Positions 39,257 to 52,963 of a DNA stretch of 64,000 nt are shown piece by piece. Under the pieces are notes generated by a model, which was given only the letters and a program-made list of their open reading frames with translations, had not been told where the DNA came from and did no database searches. The number at the start of each line of letters is the position of its first letter. Position 1 is the stretch's first letter. This DNA is from Octopus bimaculoides (lineage: Eukaryota): NCBI RefSeq assembly GCF_001194135.2, contig NC_069000.1, forward strand, positions 13,388,301 through 13,452,300. The letters are read 5' to 3'. The position numbers and the translations under genes are program-made.

Positions 39257-40115
39257 CAGGGTGCAGTGAATATACTATCGTCTAAATTACATAAAAATGA
39301 AAATAACACTGACATCTCATTTTAACAGATATATTTACTAAACTTACATAAAAAATATCTTGAAATACTAAAGAGTAAATTTATTCAATAAAATCGCCAT
39401 TTGCTTCAGCCACGGCCTCCAGATGACTTCAGAATCTCCTCCAACTCTTCTGGGCTGTCTCCTTCCTTAAGTTGGTGGATGCTTCCATAATCCTTGCCTT
39501 CAGTTCATCTTTGGTGTTACAAGGAGTTTTGTTGGTCACTCATTCAATTGCACCCATACATAATAATCAAGAGGTTTGCAGTCTGGGGGGTTCGGTGGCC
39601 AGATGATAGGGTTGATGTAACCGCAGAAATTGTCTGACAGCCATGACTGGGTTCTCCTGCTTGTGTGGGTATGGTGCAGAGTCTTCTTGCCAGACACAGC
39701 GTCTTGCAGCAGCCACCCTCTTGGCCCAAGGCAACACTACCTCCTGGGGGCACTTGATGTAGGCCTCCGTGTTGAGTGTGAGGCCGTGTGGGAAGGTGAA
39801 TGGAGGCATAACATCGTCATCACTAATGATCACTCCAAACACCATGATGTTGACTGGATATTTGATTTTTATCACTCTCGGTATATGTCCTCAGATTGCT
39901 ACCCAAATACTCTGAAATGTTCGTATTGGAGCTTCCGGCGCGAATGCCAGGCAGTACAGCATGTCGTTTCCAAATTTCTGGCAGAGATAATAGCGTCATG
40001 GTGCTGTTTTGCTCACAGACTGACCTACTATACTGTGTAGTCGACAAAATCAAAATCAAACAATGCGCAAATTTAAAAATATAAGAAATGGTAACAATTT
40101 ATCCATCGTATCCTG
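39257..40115 (-). mobile_element. Tc1/mariner-superfamily DD37D (maT-like) transposon, internally deleted and frameshifted
   Basis: KYPVNIMVFG...WQEDSAP/HTSRRTQSWLSDNF...WPPNPPDCKPLDYYVW (37 residues between D2 and D3); C-terminal TPCNTKDELKARI...LEAVAEANGDFIE*; TA|CAGG left end and decayed TIR ...atcctg right end. Confidence 0.93.
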
Positions 40116-40197
40116 TGTGTATGTGCGTGTATGTGTGTGTGTGTGTGTAACTATATGTATGTATATATATATGTATGTGTAATTATATGTATATATA

Positions 40198-40230
<33 letters not shown>

Positions 40231-41129
40231 GATATATACACATATATATGGAAATGTTTGTGTGTAAGTGTATGTGTGTGTAAGTACGCAAACTTTACTC
40301 AATATTGCCCCTCTGAATATTCGACTTTATACATGTTACAATGCATGCCCAACTTCAGCACAAATATAGATCAATGAACACACAACATACACCAACACCT
40401 CACATTTCCAGGAACAGCGTTCGATAAATCACCCTTCATATATGTAGCACTGCTACATTTCGACACCACCGCTTTCTATTTTTCGTGTGTAAGACTTAGA
40501 TGTTAAATTGCATGTAAGGAAGAGGAGAGCGAAGAGCGAATTGCTGGAAAAAGAAAGAAGACGAAATCAAGCGACATGATGACGAAGGAGACATAAAGTT
40601 AGAACGAAGCTATGAAAATTGATTTAATTGTATTGCAACTGTTTCAGTGACGGTACCCTATGGATAGATGTACCTGCATTAGGATACCGCTAATTGCTAT
40701 AGGAAAACATATGAACATAAATCACCATTACTACTAACAGTTCTACCATCGTCCTTTACACTGATATCACTATGTTTGTCATCATTATCACCATCATCAT
40801 TGATGTTATTTCCGATCTCATATCGCATCTGTGATTATTATGGCAATTACCAGCATCGATAACCACAAATAAAATATTCATTTCTCTTTTCGCCACCGGA
40901 TCCAACGTTTCATCATAACAGACTCCGTCATCAACTTTATCTGAATTATGAATACAAATACAGTGATCCCATCAATGCCATTACCAACATCCTCCTAACT
41001 TCTACGTCAACCATAATCACTGTCGTATGAGTTGTTTAACAAATGACATGACAAACCTTGTCGGCGTGGTTAGTTTAGCGATCACGGAACAAAACAGTTT
41101 GCTGACATTGTGGACACCGGACATTATTG

Positions 41130-41640
41130 CTACTGGCACTCCGTCGGTTACAACGATGAGGGTTCCAGTTGACCCTATCAGCGGAAAAAAATCTCTGCTC
41201 GCGAAATTAACGTGCAAGTGGCTGAGCACTCCACAGACATGTGCATCCTTAACGTTGTTCTCATGGAATGTTATGTCTCAAGCTACTGCTATCTAGCACC
41301 TTCGGATGATCTCTACTCAACCGCTACACGACTGCTACTCAACAGTCACTCAACCCCTCTACCACGGCTAGACTACCTCTATTTATATGTCTTGGGCGAT
41401 CCTACTTCTTCGCTTCGGGGCGTCGACACAACATGGAGTTTCAGCGCGACACAGAAAGTGACAGGGCTGGCACTTTTAATTAGAGGTACAATTCATTTTT
41501 GCCAGCTAAGTGGATTGGAGCAATGAGAAATAAAGTGTGGAGCTCAGAGACACAACGTGCCGTCATGAATCGAACTCACAACTTTACAATTGTAAGCCTA
41601 ATACCCCTTGCTGTAACCACTAAGCCACGCGCTTCACCGA
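41130..41640 (-). mobile_element. SINE type C with long 3' tail, interrupted at 41269-41433
   Basis: Reverse complement head gaagcgcgtggcttagtggtta; tail gagtgctcagccacttgcacgttaatttc...aactggaaccctc...cgacggagtgcca, shared with type D. Confidence 0.88.
41269..41433 (-). mobile_element. Putative solo LTR, 165 bp
   Basis: TG...CA ends, 8/9 terminal inverted repeat (TGTTATGTC / GACACAACA), 5-bp TSD TGGAA/TGGAG, TATAAATA on the minus strand. Confidence 0.7.
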
Positions 41641-42152
41641 AATCAGGCATTAATACCTTAAAATAATTTGTTTTTTCTGCTTATGTTCAAAGTCCAAATC
41701 CTACCAGCAACGATTTCACGGGTAGTTACCAGCGTCGATCCAGTAAGTGCATTATCCATCAATCGATTTATCTGACGTAATAACAATCTTCAGACTAACA
41801 TTTTTATATTACATTCTGACAATGTTTTCGATATGGCATGTAGTAGCCAAAAATAACCCAGTAAACTACAGGGTTGCTTGTATCTAAACGTTTTATTTTA
41901 TCACTCCGGCGTGATGAAATAAAATATTGACATCGGTTGGATTTTAACTCCGAACAATAAAATATCGAACAGTGAATCCGTCACTCAATACCTATTATAT
42001 ATACTGACAAATCAACAACTCTTACGTGGAGATTACGTGCATCTCTTATCAAAATATCCGTCATTGAATTACTATCGATATAAAAGATCTTTGAAAACAC
42101 TCCTTGACTCACATATATTCTATGCATTTGTATATTTATGTAATTATGTTTT

Positions 42153-42218
<66 letters not shown>

Positions 42219-43228
42219 ATAAAATGCAAAGCTTTTTGTGTAGGCTTTATAGAAGATAATCTTACTTCTTAAAATTCAGAAATAAAAATATTTTCTTTAG
42301 GTTTGCTTTTTATGTGTAACATTTCCATAAAATTGTTTTATACGATAAAAACCTGTAAAACCAGAATAATGCACATTATTTTTGTCTTGTTAAACACCTC
42401 ATCTATCAATTTTCATTATTACAATTTCTTCATTTCCAATATCACCCAGATGTATGAAGAAAGTATCTGAAATATTTCATTGCAAAAGGTAGGTAACTTC
42501 ATTGATAATTCAGATCTGATTCCCGGTGCAAGTAAAAAAGAATAAACAATTGCTTGGTCTAAATCTTAGTTCTTAATCTTAGTTCTACATTTGGCCTGTG
42601 CACCGGGTCCAAGACGTCTTCAATCATTCCGATTTTAAGTATCAGTGAAATTCTGGGGTCGATCTAATCGACTAGTTCCCTACCCCAAAACTTCAGGCCT
42701 TGTTCCTATAATAGAAATAATATAATTAGTTAACCTTCCTGATATAAACTCTTGATTTGAAACAGTGATCGTTCGATGAGAAAAATTATTTCCTATATGG
42801 ATGCAGCAAAAAAAGAATAAAACAATTGGCCTATATTGTTTCTGTACTACTTATACATATGTATACACTGTCCAGACCAGGTTATGACCTTTGTTTTATT
42901 CTAATTGCCAAAGATATCTCATAGCAGTCATATCACTATTGGCTGTAAATGTTATACGATGTCACGGACACTTTTAAAAGAGCATGTCACCGCCTTAATT
43001 CCTTTGAGATGCAGAAAGAATTTGATCGCATCCCAATTTTGCGCGAGCAATATATTCTTAGGAAGCATTTTCATTTTCAATCAGTCGAGGGCATAAGGGC
43101 ATAGTTTAACATATGTATATATACACACACACAAACATATGTATGTTTGTGTGTATTTATTTATGTACATATATGTATCTATCTATCTACTTATCTATCT
43201 GCATGTGCGTATGTATACGTCATATATA

Positions 43229-43274
<46 letters not shown>

Positions 43275-43308
43275 NNNNNNNNNNNNNNNNNNNNNNNNNN
43301 NNNNNNNN

Positions 43309-43359
<51 letters not shown>

Positions 43360-43399
43360 CTATATGTATATATATATAAGTACGAGTATATACAGATAT

Positions 43400-43413
43400 A
43401 CACATACGCACAC

Positions 43414-43469
<56 letters not shown>

Positions 43470-43473
43470 GCAG

Positions 43474-43505
<32 letters not shown>
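43400..43505. repeat. (GATA)n microsatellite
   Basis: Directly visible. Confidence 0.97.
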
Positions 43506-43728
43506 GTAAAATGGCTAAGGAAAACGTAATGCTAGAGGAATCTAATGTTCGCCTGTGCTGGCAACATTGGTTAATAAATATGTGGATTAAGGTAAATTCG
43601 CGTGCGATACGAGACGATTGGGCGTAGCTGTTCGGATATTAACAATCTGGAACGGCCGACAAGACATTCAATCTATTTTGCAACAGTAAGTTTTGACACT
43701 GGTGGTATTCATGCGCACGCACGCAGAA

Positions 43729-43788
<60 letters not shown>

Positions 43789-44465
43789 GGGTGACAGCGA
43801 AAGAGAGACACTACAGATACATACAAAAACAACTAGACGCTCACAGAGAGAGGGGGGAGAGAGACAGGGAGAGAGAGAGAAAGAGAGAAAGAGGGAGGGA
43901 GAGGGAGAAGGGGAGAGAGAAAGAGAAAGAAAACTTTAAAACGAGAGTAACATTTAAACGTCTTGTGTCGAATAAGTCAGCGTTGAATCAAAGGCTCCAG
44001 ACAGGCAGTGCCAATCAAGCGACACCAAAACTGCTGTACCAAAATGTCGCATAGCCGTTCGAGTGCCATGAGATGAAGTGAAATTTGATTTATTTCACGA
44101 ACTCTCTTTTATGATAGACTACGGTGTATAGTTTACTGTACTAAGAATAATATTCAATATATGAAGAAGCCAGACATCTCGACAGAAAAATTGCTGGTGT
44201 CAGTGTGAGGAAGAGTGTGCGTTGGGGAAGCCAGTGTGTCTGTGTGTGTGTATGTGAGAGAGGGAGTGTGTATATGTATGTGAGTGCTATGTCACACGTG
44301 TGTCAGACAGTTCACATACTGGATAGACTTTAAATATATATATATTAGATAAAATCCACCCAGGTGTAATAATCTAAACTTTTTCAACATTTCTTCGATA
44401 ATCTTGGTAAGAAATGATAAATCCTCCCCTCACACAGACACTCCTCCTTTTCCTTCTTTCTCTCC

Positions 44466-44524
<59 letters not shown>

Positions 44525-45462
44525 NNNNNNNNNNNNNNNNNNNNNNNNNNNNNNNNNNNNNNNNNNNNNNNNNNNNNNNNNNNNNNNNNNNNNNNNNNNN
44601 NNNNNNNNNNNNNNNNNNNNNNNNNNNNNNNNNNNNNNNNNNNNNNNNNNNNNNNNNNNNNNNNNNNNNNNNNNNNNNNNNNNNNNNNNNNNNNNNNNNN
44701 NNNNNNNNNNNNNNNNNNNNNNNNNNNNNNNNNNNNNNNNNNNNNNNNNNNNNNNNNNNNNNNNNNNNNNNNNNNNNNNNNNNNNNNNNNNNNNNNNNNN
44801 NNNNNNNNNNNNNNNNNNNNNNNNNNNNNNNNNNNNNNNNNNNNNNNNNNNNNNNNNNNNNNNNNNNNNNNNNNNNNNNNNNNNNNNNNNNNNNNNNNNN
44901 NNNNNNNNNNNNNNNNNNNNNNNNNNNNNNNNNNNNNNNNNNNNNNNNNNNNNNNNNNNNNNNNNNNNNNNNNNNNNNNNNNNNNNNNNNNNNNNNNNNN
45001 NNNNNNNNNNNNNNNNNNNNNNNNNNNNTATATATATACATATATATATATACATACATATATATATGTATATATATATAATATATATATATCATATGTA
45101 TATGTATACACACACACACACACATATATATAAATATATATGGAGCTAGATCTAATACTTTATTGACAAATAACATTAAGCTTGGTCTTGTGTCTATAGC
45201 TGTCAATAAAAGAACGCAAGAATGATGCGTTATTAAGATTTACGTATTAACAAAGTGGGGAGGAAATATCTTTAGATAGATTTTCTTGTTTGAACAAAAA
45301 CTGCCCGCAACGAAAAGACGTTCAGGAGAGAACTGCTTTAGATCAGTGACGTGTTAAATCATACTTGGTTCATAGCGATTTTTTCGCCCGGCAGGAATGT
45401 TTTCTCTCTGTTCAGGCACAACGGCAAGGGATTTGTCCGGATATTACAAGTAGTCAACTGTA

Positions 45463-45606
45463 ATGGCAAACTTTGCGTTACGCATTTTAAATGTTTCGAT
45501 ATTGACGTGGACAAAAATATTTGATTGTTCAAATGAAAAGATCGACGGTATTCTGCGTTACGAAGACGTAGCAATCAAACATGAGAATATATGTGGAAAA
45601 GGCGAG
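45463..45606 (+). CDS. Weak candidate first coding exon MANFALRILNVSILTWTKIFDCSNEKIDGILRYEDVAIKHENICGKGE
   Basis: Strong acceptor ttttctctctgttcag (exon start 45416), in-frame TAG upstream of the ATG, donor GAG|gtaata; no homology recognised. Confidence 0.22.
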
Positions 45607-45890
45607 GTAATATATGCGTTATGATGAGCAATTATGTCTCTGTAACTTAGGGCAGGTAATAGTACCGCGATTAATGAATGATACAAGATTATGAGTGAGC
45701 AAAGCCGGCATCCCAATGCTGTCAAATCGTTGTGAAAAGTCTCCTTTGGGTACGTTTAGCTTTCGTTGTTATTAAAGAGAAAATAAATAGTGTGTCTAGC
45801 TGAATTTATGCCTAACTAAAAGGGGCAACAGTATATCGTATCATATGTACAGCTAATGGAGCGGGTTGATGTATGAAATCTTGAGATTGT

Positions 45891-45933
<43 letters not shown>

Positions 45934-46184
45934 TCACACACACATACACGCATACCTACATTCATACATGCACACGCACATACACATATATACATATATA
46001 TATATATGTATGTATGTATGAATGAATGCATGTATGTATGTATGTATGTATGTGTATATGTGTATGTATGTATGTATGTATGTATGTATGTATGTATGTG
46101 TCTACAGACACACACGCATTTATGTATATGATTGAATAGTTAAGAAATAGGCGACGATCTGGTACAATCATTTGCACACCAGAC

Positions 46185-46345
46185 AAAATGCTTAGAGGCA
46201 TTCCTTCCGACTTACCGTTCTGAGTTCAAATTCTCTCGAGGTCGACTTTGCCTTTGATCCTTTCGAGATCGAGAGAATGAGCACTAGTTGATCTAATCGG
46301 CTAAATCTTCCCACTAACTTTCAAACCTTGTGCCTAGAGTAGAAA
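46185..46345 (+). mobile_element. SINE type B, partial
   Basis: atgcttagaggcatt...ttctgagttcaaattctctcgaggtcgactttgcc...ccttgtgcctagagtagaaag. Confidence 0.8.
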
Positions 46346-47294
46346 GCAGATTAACATGAAATTTCGAAGAAAAATTTAGCGTGCCCAAACGCTCGCATAC
46401 ACACAGATATTGCGCTGTATTGATAAATACAGTATAATACAAATAGCTACCACACGCAAGCGAATATGAATAAGAAACGCCTGCCATGTTTTCATAAATT
46501 GTTTCAGGTGCTTATATTGATGCGAGTACCCACAGGCATTACCTTTAATCCAGCGAGACCCAGAATATCACAGCTAGAGACGAAGAGAATGTTGTACCAG
46601 CACCATGGCTGATGCTCATTAATGCTGGGGGTAGACGATCACCGTGAAATGCAGTGCTTAGCTCACGAACCCACTGCTCTAAGAGTTCAGCCAGTGATGT
46701 CTTGATTGTGAGCCGAACACCCTAAGCACTAGACCCCTGTGTGTTCATTTTAAGGATCAGCAACTAGGAGAGTTACTGAAAGTAATTTAAATTTAACGGC
46801 CAATATATTATTCTGGCGATGATGATGTCATTAATATGAGTGTCATTGTTATGAAACTTCCTGCTCTAGATATAATGGCGTTAATAACAAACGCGATTTC
46901 GATTAATTCATGTGGAATATACGATCAAGAATATTATAGAAACGTTGATGGATGTTTATGTTGGAAAACTAGAATGATTAATGAGGCAATATGAATAAAC
47001 CTTAATTATTAAATGAATAAACTTGTGCGTAGATGATTCGCAATATAACATGCTTAAAAGAATACAGTTCCCTTCGCATACAAGTATACATAAATCCAAA
47101 TATATATGCATAAAAACATACATGAATACATGCATGTCATATTCGTTTAAGCCCTCTACTGACGTCATTTTATCATTCATTATCTGAGATCGATAATGTA
47201 GCAGTTATATACTGGAGTATATACTCTTCCTCGCTCTCTCACTCTTCTCTCTCCCCCTCTCTCTCTCTATATATATATTCCTTTCTATTCTAGG

Positions 47295-47528
47295 CTAGGC
47301 ACAAGGCCTGAAATTTTTGGGGGAGAGGGCCAGTCTGTTAGATTGATCCCAGTACGCAACTGGTACTTAATTTATCGACCCCGAAAGGATTAAAGGCATG
47401 TATGTATGTATATTTTTTTCTTTTATTCTTTTTCTCAAGAACACGCCACACAGCCCGGTCCGGGAATTGAACTCACTACCTCATGATTGTGTGTTTGACG
47501 CTCTAACCACTGAGCCATGAACCTTCAC
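47295..47528 (-). mobile_element. Adjacent SINE type B 3' part and type C head
   Basis: Reverse complement cctttcggggtcgataaattaagtaccagttgcgtactggg (B) and ggctcagtggttagagcgtc...gagttcaattcccggaccggg (C). Confidence 0.8.
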
Positions 47529-48699
47529 TAAATGAATATATACTCTTTTAAACAAAATAATATATATATATATATATATATATGCATGTATGTATGTATG
47601 TATGAATCTATATGTATGAATATGTACGTGTATAGCAGTATACAACGTAATAGATGTTTCAACACAAACAAAACCACAGAACATGGAATATAAGGGGGAA
47701 AAAAATCTAATATTGAATTGCATGCAAGAGATGATGGCGCTTTGATTAAATTTTCTCAGCATGAATATTGTAAGGATCAGCCATTGAACGCATACAATCA
47801 TTCAAGAAAAAGAGGGGGAAAATCTTCTCATTCAAACTGTTGTCATTCTATGGCGTTTTCCTCTGCAAGAAATTGTGTTATAAGTTAAGTAAAACAGTAA
47901 GGGAGCTAACTTGAATTGCTTCCTTTTTTTTCATATTTTTTCTGCGAGTGATGTTTCTGATGTTGTTTCCATAATTTTGGGGTGGTTTTTCTGCTTAATT
48001 CGCAAGCAGCGAGTTTGCCGGTTCGTAAAAAGAGTTGGCTAAATGCATTGCGGTTTTTTTTTTTGTTTGGTTTTTTCAATTTTCTGCTCATTGGGTTCGA
48101 ATATCACTGTGGTCAATACTGCTTTTCTTTTATGGTCCATAAATAAACAAAAATAAAACTGAAGTAATATCTTGGTAGTGGATTGGGAAGGTTCGAGAGA
48201 GAAATGATCGACCAGTTTGCTTTGCGGTATCTAATCCGGCTCATTTGCGTTCTGAGAGCTGACTTGCTCCAGCGCTGGTACCAAACTCTATTGGCCCAAG
48301 TCACAAGGTTTTACTTCGGTTAATTTAGTTACATGGAGAATAGTGACTTCCGAGCTAAGGTGACTACCAGACTTCCTCAAAAACACCTTGCAAAATCTTG
48401 TGCATAAATATGCATATGCATCGTCAACCTTGATCAAGGAAGGCTTTAGTTGTTTACCATTGTCCTTCTCAGAGTGATAGAAATAGCACCGATCATTTAT
48501 TTTAATCTAGTTTTCTAAGTTCAAATCTCTACTTTCACTCTCTTTGCATTTCATTCGCTCGAAGTCGATAGAATGAACAAGCAAATATCATAGTAGATAC
48601 CGGGTTCAATTCAGTCAAATGCATTTCTTCTTCAAAACTTCGTGATAGTGCAGCAATGTGGGGGATCAGTATTGGGGGCGTTATGTTTACACTGCTGAA

Positions 48700-49350
48700 T
48701 GAGTCTTTATTATAATTGAAAATGGTCGGGGTGAAAAATACTATAGTATAGTAGAAAAATGCTATAGTATAGTAGAAAATTCTATAGTATAGTAGACGTC
48801 GGAGTGGTAACAACATCTAGATTTCCCTTACTTAGACGGCCCCGTGTTACTACATTACTATCACCATCTGCACCCCCACTACACGTGTCATTATTAATAT
48901 ATGAGCCAGTAGCGGCAGGGTTTTCGTATACTATTTCCTGTTTATAGCGGCAGGGTTTTCGTATACTATCCTGTTTATAGAAAGAGCCGAATTGTAAAAG
49001 TGAGAGTATGAATTGAAAATATCTTCATTCGCAGAAAGTTGCGAAATTCTACGTGAATTATCTTTAGCTAATTAATAACGGAGTTGGGGTGATTGGAGAA
49101 TTTGCTAACATATTTAGCGATTTCATCTGGTTTTCTGTAGGGATAGTATAATCCGGATTTTAGGTATAACGAAACGTCTAGGAAGTTAATTATTTTGGTA
49201 CCTAGTTCGAAAGTTAAGTCTAGATTAACGGTACGGAAAAGGTTCCTAATTTCTTTGCGTGTTCTTTCTAGTGTTCCACTTCGTCCATTCTAGTCCATGT
49301 TTATTTGGCAAAGAAATAAAAATGATCATCACGAAATATAACAATACCTG
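48700..49350 (-). mobile_element. Penelope-like retroelement RT/thumb fragment, decayed
   Basis: GIVIFRDD (RT motif C); LERTRKEIRNLFRTVNLDLTFELGTKIINFLDVSLYLKSGLYYPYRKPDEIAKYVSKFSNHP; SRRISQLSANEDIFNSYSHFYNSAL; IVFFTP (cf. IIWFNPP). Confidence 0.85.
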
Positions 49351-50289
49351 TTTCAACACACGGGTTTCATATCAGGAAGTCTACTGACATAAATATCTTT
49401 ATATTAAGGAAATCAGAAAGATCTCTATATTCGGCCTTATTTGGTCTTAACATATATAGCTTTTCAAATGTAATTCTTTCTAAATAATATTAAACGCATC
49501 CAACACAGTCGTTGTTACGAACAAAATCTTATCAATAACTATAATGAAAGTAATGCTGTTTTCTAGAATAAAATATTCACTAAATATTGCATGAAATAGC
49601 AAATAAATTTAATGGAAGAATCTAGACCATATTCTAGGATGAGATGAGGTGATTTCAACTATAGGAATATTGATGGTTTATAGTTTTAATCATGTAATAA
49701 TGCGGTGTATTGGCTATAAAACATCCAATATATCAATATTTTAGATAAACTATTGGTAATATTTATTAGTGTGTTAGGCACATTTAAAGTGAAAAAAAAA
49801 TCTGTATGTATGTGATTAAGTTTGCCGTTCGTACCTATAGCACTGTATAAGTGCCTATTAAATATAAGTAGTCGATATGAACTGTGTATCTAGCACTTGA
49901 GCAAATTGATTCAAGTGAAGTGTTTATATGCAGCCAATAATTTTTCATTTATCCATTTTCCCATACAGACTGGACAACCTTTCAACTTGGACACGATGGT
50001 GAATGACTTCGTTAGTGTATTTATTTTCATGGTAGAATTATCCTTTGATCATAACTAAAAAAATGATAAACTATCTGACCATAGATCAACAGTTGCCTTT
50101 GATTCCATTTTCTATTTACATATGATCAAAATATTTCTTGAACAGTTTATTTCACTGCTTTATGACAACCACAGTTAAAGCGATTCCTCTTGATTCGAAC
50201 TGATTATGAAATTTTATTTTATTTTCATTTATTCATATACTTTTATTGTGGCATGGCGGACGATATGAATTGGTGACTCACCTACATAT

Positions 50290-50312
50290 ATTATTATGAT
50301 CATTATTATTAA

Positions 50313-50348
<36 letters not shown>

Positions 50349-50392
50349 CATCATAATTATTATTATTATTATCATTACCATTATTATTATTA

Positions 50393-50445
<53 letters not shown>

Positions 50446-50503
50446 ATTATTATTATTATCATCATCATTGTTATTATTATTATCATTACCATTATTATTA
50501 TTA

Positions 50504-50566
<63 letters not shown>
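50290..50566. repeat. Long interrupted (ATT/ATC)n tract
   Basis: Directly visible; the variant atcattaccatt recurs twice about 110 bp apart. Confidence 0.97.
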
Positions 50567-50915
50567 GAAGAATAGTCTACTTTGATAAAACAAACGCAAT
50601 GTTGTGTGTGTGTGTTTCTTGTTTTGTGTGTTTTTTGGGGCTTTTTTTTTTTTTTTGCTGTCGTTCATTTCCTATTAAGTTAAATTACTACAAAGCAATA
50701 TATATTATGAAAAAATAAAATTATGTATCATTAATATGGTAATAATAATTTATGCACTCAAATTAATACAGCAGTACAGCACTAAATTATGTACTTTGAA
50801 ATCATTTTATTACACCTGGATGAACTTTCCGTTTCTGTTTGGCTAATAAATTACTCACAGAAACATTTTTTTTAGTACTTCTAAAAATGACTGAAGAGGA
50901 AGTAACTGGTAGCAT

Positions 50916-50980
<65 letters not shown>

Positions 50981-51279
50981 GGTGGTGGTGGTGGTGGTGG
51001 TGGTGGCAGCAGCAAGAGAGGGAGTAGAGACAAATGTTTTGGAGAGTTGAGTGTAAATCTATGTAATTTGATAGCGCGTCCAGTATTTGAGAAATGATCT
51101 TGTGAAGTTGTTTATTGTGGTTTGTAAAAGCTAAGCAGCTATTTAGGGTTTAAGTATTCTTTGAATATCAAAAGAAAATCCAAAATTTTAAAGATCGCTT
51201 GGTCTGAGGTAGTTCACCATAAAAGAGCGTGTGATGGTATTAGTAATGTTGTCTGTAGCGTAATGGTAGCGTTGTGGAC

Positions 51280-51645
51280 GTGCAGTGGCCCAGTGGTTAG
51301 GGCAGCGGACTCGCGATCGTAGGATCGCGGTTTCGATTTACAGACTGGGCGTTATGAGTGTTTATTGAGCGAAAACACCCAAAGCTCCACGAGGCTCCGG
51401 CAGAGGGCGGAGTGGCGAACCCTGCTGTACTCTTTCACCACAACTTTCTTTCACTCTTTCTTTCTGTTTCTGTTGTATCTGTATTTTAAAGGGGCCAGCC
51501 TTGTCACACTCTGTGTCACGCTGAATCTCCCCGAGAACTACGTTAAGGGTACACGTGTCTGTGGAGTGCTCAGCCACTTGCACGTTAATTTCACGAGCAA
51601 GATGTTCCGTTGATCGGATCAACTGGAACACTCGTAACTGTGTTT
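51280..51645 (+). mobile_element. SINE type D (tRNA head, tail shared with type C)
   Basis: gtggcccagtggttagggcagcggactcgcgatcgtaggatcgcggtttcgatt...gagaactacgttaagggtacacgtgtctgtggagtgctcagcc. Confidence 0.92.
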
Positions 51646-51971
51646 GTCTCCCCNNNNNNNNNNNNNNNNNNNNNNNNNNNNNNNNNNNNNNNNNNNNNNN
51701 NNNNNNNNNNNNNNNNNNNNNNNNNNNNNNNNNNNNNNNNNNNNNNNNNNNNNNNNNNNNNNNNNNNNNNNNNNNNNNNNNNNNNNNNNNNNNNNNNNNN
51801 NNNNNNNNNNNNNNNNNNNNNNNNNNNNNNNNNNNNNNNNNNNNNNNNNNNNNNNNNNNNNNNNNNNNNNNNNNNNNNNNNNNNNNNNNNNNNNNNNNNN
51901 NNNNNNNNNNNNNNNNNNNNNATATATATATATATATATATGTATGTATACATAATATATGCATTTAACCG

Positions 51972-52027
<56 letters not shown>

Positions 52028-52420
52028 TAGATAGATAGATAGATAGATAGATATAGTCACGCATGATATATATATGTAAATGGCTGTAGTGTGTTAGTGT
52101 AATAGGTATATGTATGTTGTCAGAGTGTGTATTGTGTGTGTGTGCATGTGTGTGTGTGTGTGTGTATGTTTGTGTGTGTGTGTGTTCAAGTGTGTTCAAG
52201 TGTGTGTGTGTTCAAGTGTGTGCGTCAAAGTCTAAATATCTTCCTACAATTCTATCTTATCTCTTAGTCTTCCTTGTTATCTTCAACTATATTTTATTCA
52301 ACCAACTATTCCAGTTTCAAAAACACAAATTTTCTCAACGCTACACCAAATTGCTTCCAGCACCGTTCTGACGTTAACAAGGATGGAAGAGCCCTACTTT
52401 TTAGTTCGGTTTTCCATTAC

Positions 52421-52503
52421 CATTCCCTGCAGCAGCAAATACGAACCATGTTCCTGAATAAAATTCCCGGTCAATTAAAGATGGGAGACGTGAATAAGCA
52501 GGA
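52421..52503 (-). CDS. Candidate exon 2 of an unidentified gene, (S)PAYSRLPSLIDREFYSGTWFVFAAAGN
   Basis: Perfect TACTAAC branch point, pyrimidine tract, first downstream AG; donor ATG|gtaatg; only the phase-2 frame is open. Confidence 0.5.
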
Positions 52504-52762
52504 CTGTTATTGATGTAGGAAGTGACAGAGACGGGGTTAGTAACACGCATACACACCCACGTACACAAACACGAGCACACACATATATGTGTGTATGTAT
52601 GGGTGTAAAATTTGTTTGTGCGTCTGTGTATGTACATGAGTACATAGATATATGTGTGTAGATATATGTTTGTGAGTGTGCGTGTTGCATATATATATAA
52701 GTGCATTTTCAAACCTTCTTTCATATATATTTCCACTCGTACGGTATTCCACAACTTTACTT

Positions 52763-52799
<37 letters not shown>

Positions 52800-52922
52800 A
52801 CACACACGCACACATAAACGCATACATATAAGTATATGTATGTATATATGTATGTATGAATGCAGTGACAGGGGGAAGAGTCGAGAAACCGAGACAAGCA
52901 GAGAGTGTTGGATTGATCGATC

Positions 52923-52963
<41 letters not shown>

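Noticed and set aside
43560-44080. GC-richer islands around a (GA)n tract, with a CCAAT motif and an ACA|gtaagt donor
   Set aside because: Single short motifs are expected by chance; no acceptor or promoter architecture could be supported.
46508-46740. Apparent plus exon after tgtttcag
   Set aside because: The reverse complement is a decayed type C-like SINE, and frames are closed.
50859-50880. 22-nt minus micro-exon EVLKKMF that would bridge the MGC exons to the ankyrin-like exon
   Set aside because: The pyrimidine tract derives from an adjacent microsatellite, and an alternative AG gives another frame; the join is cherry-picked.
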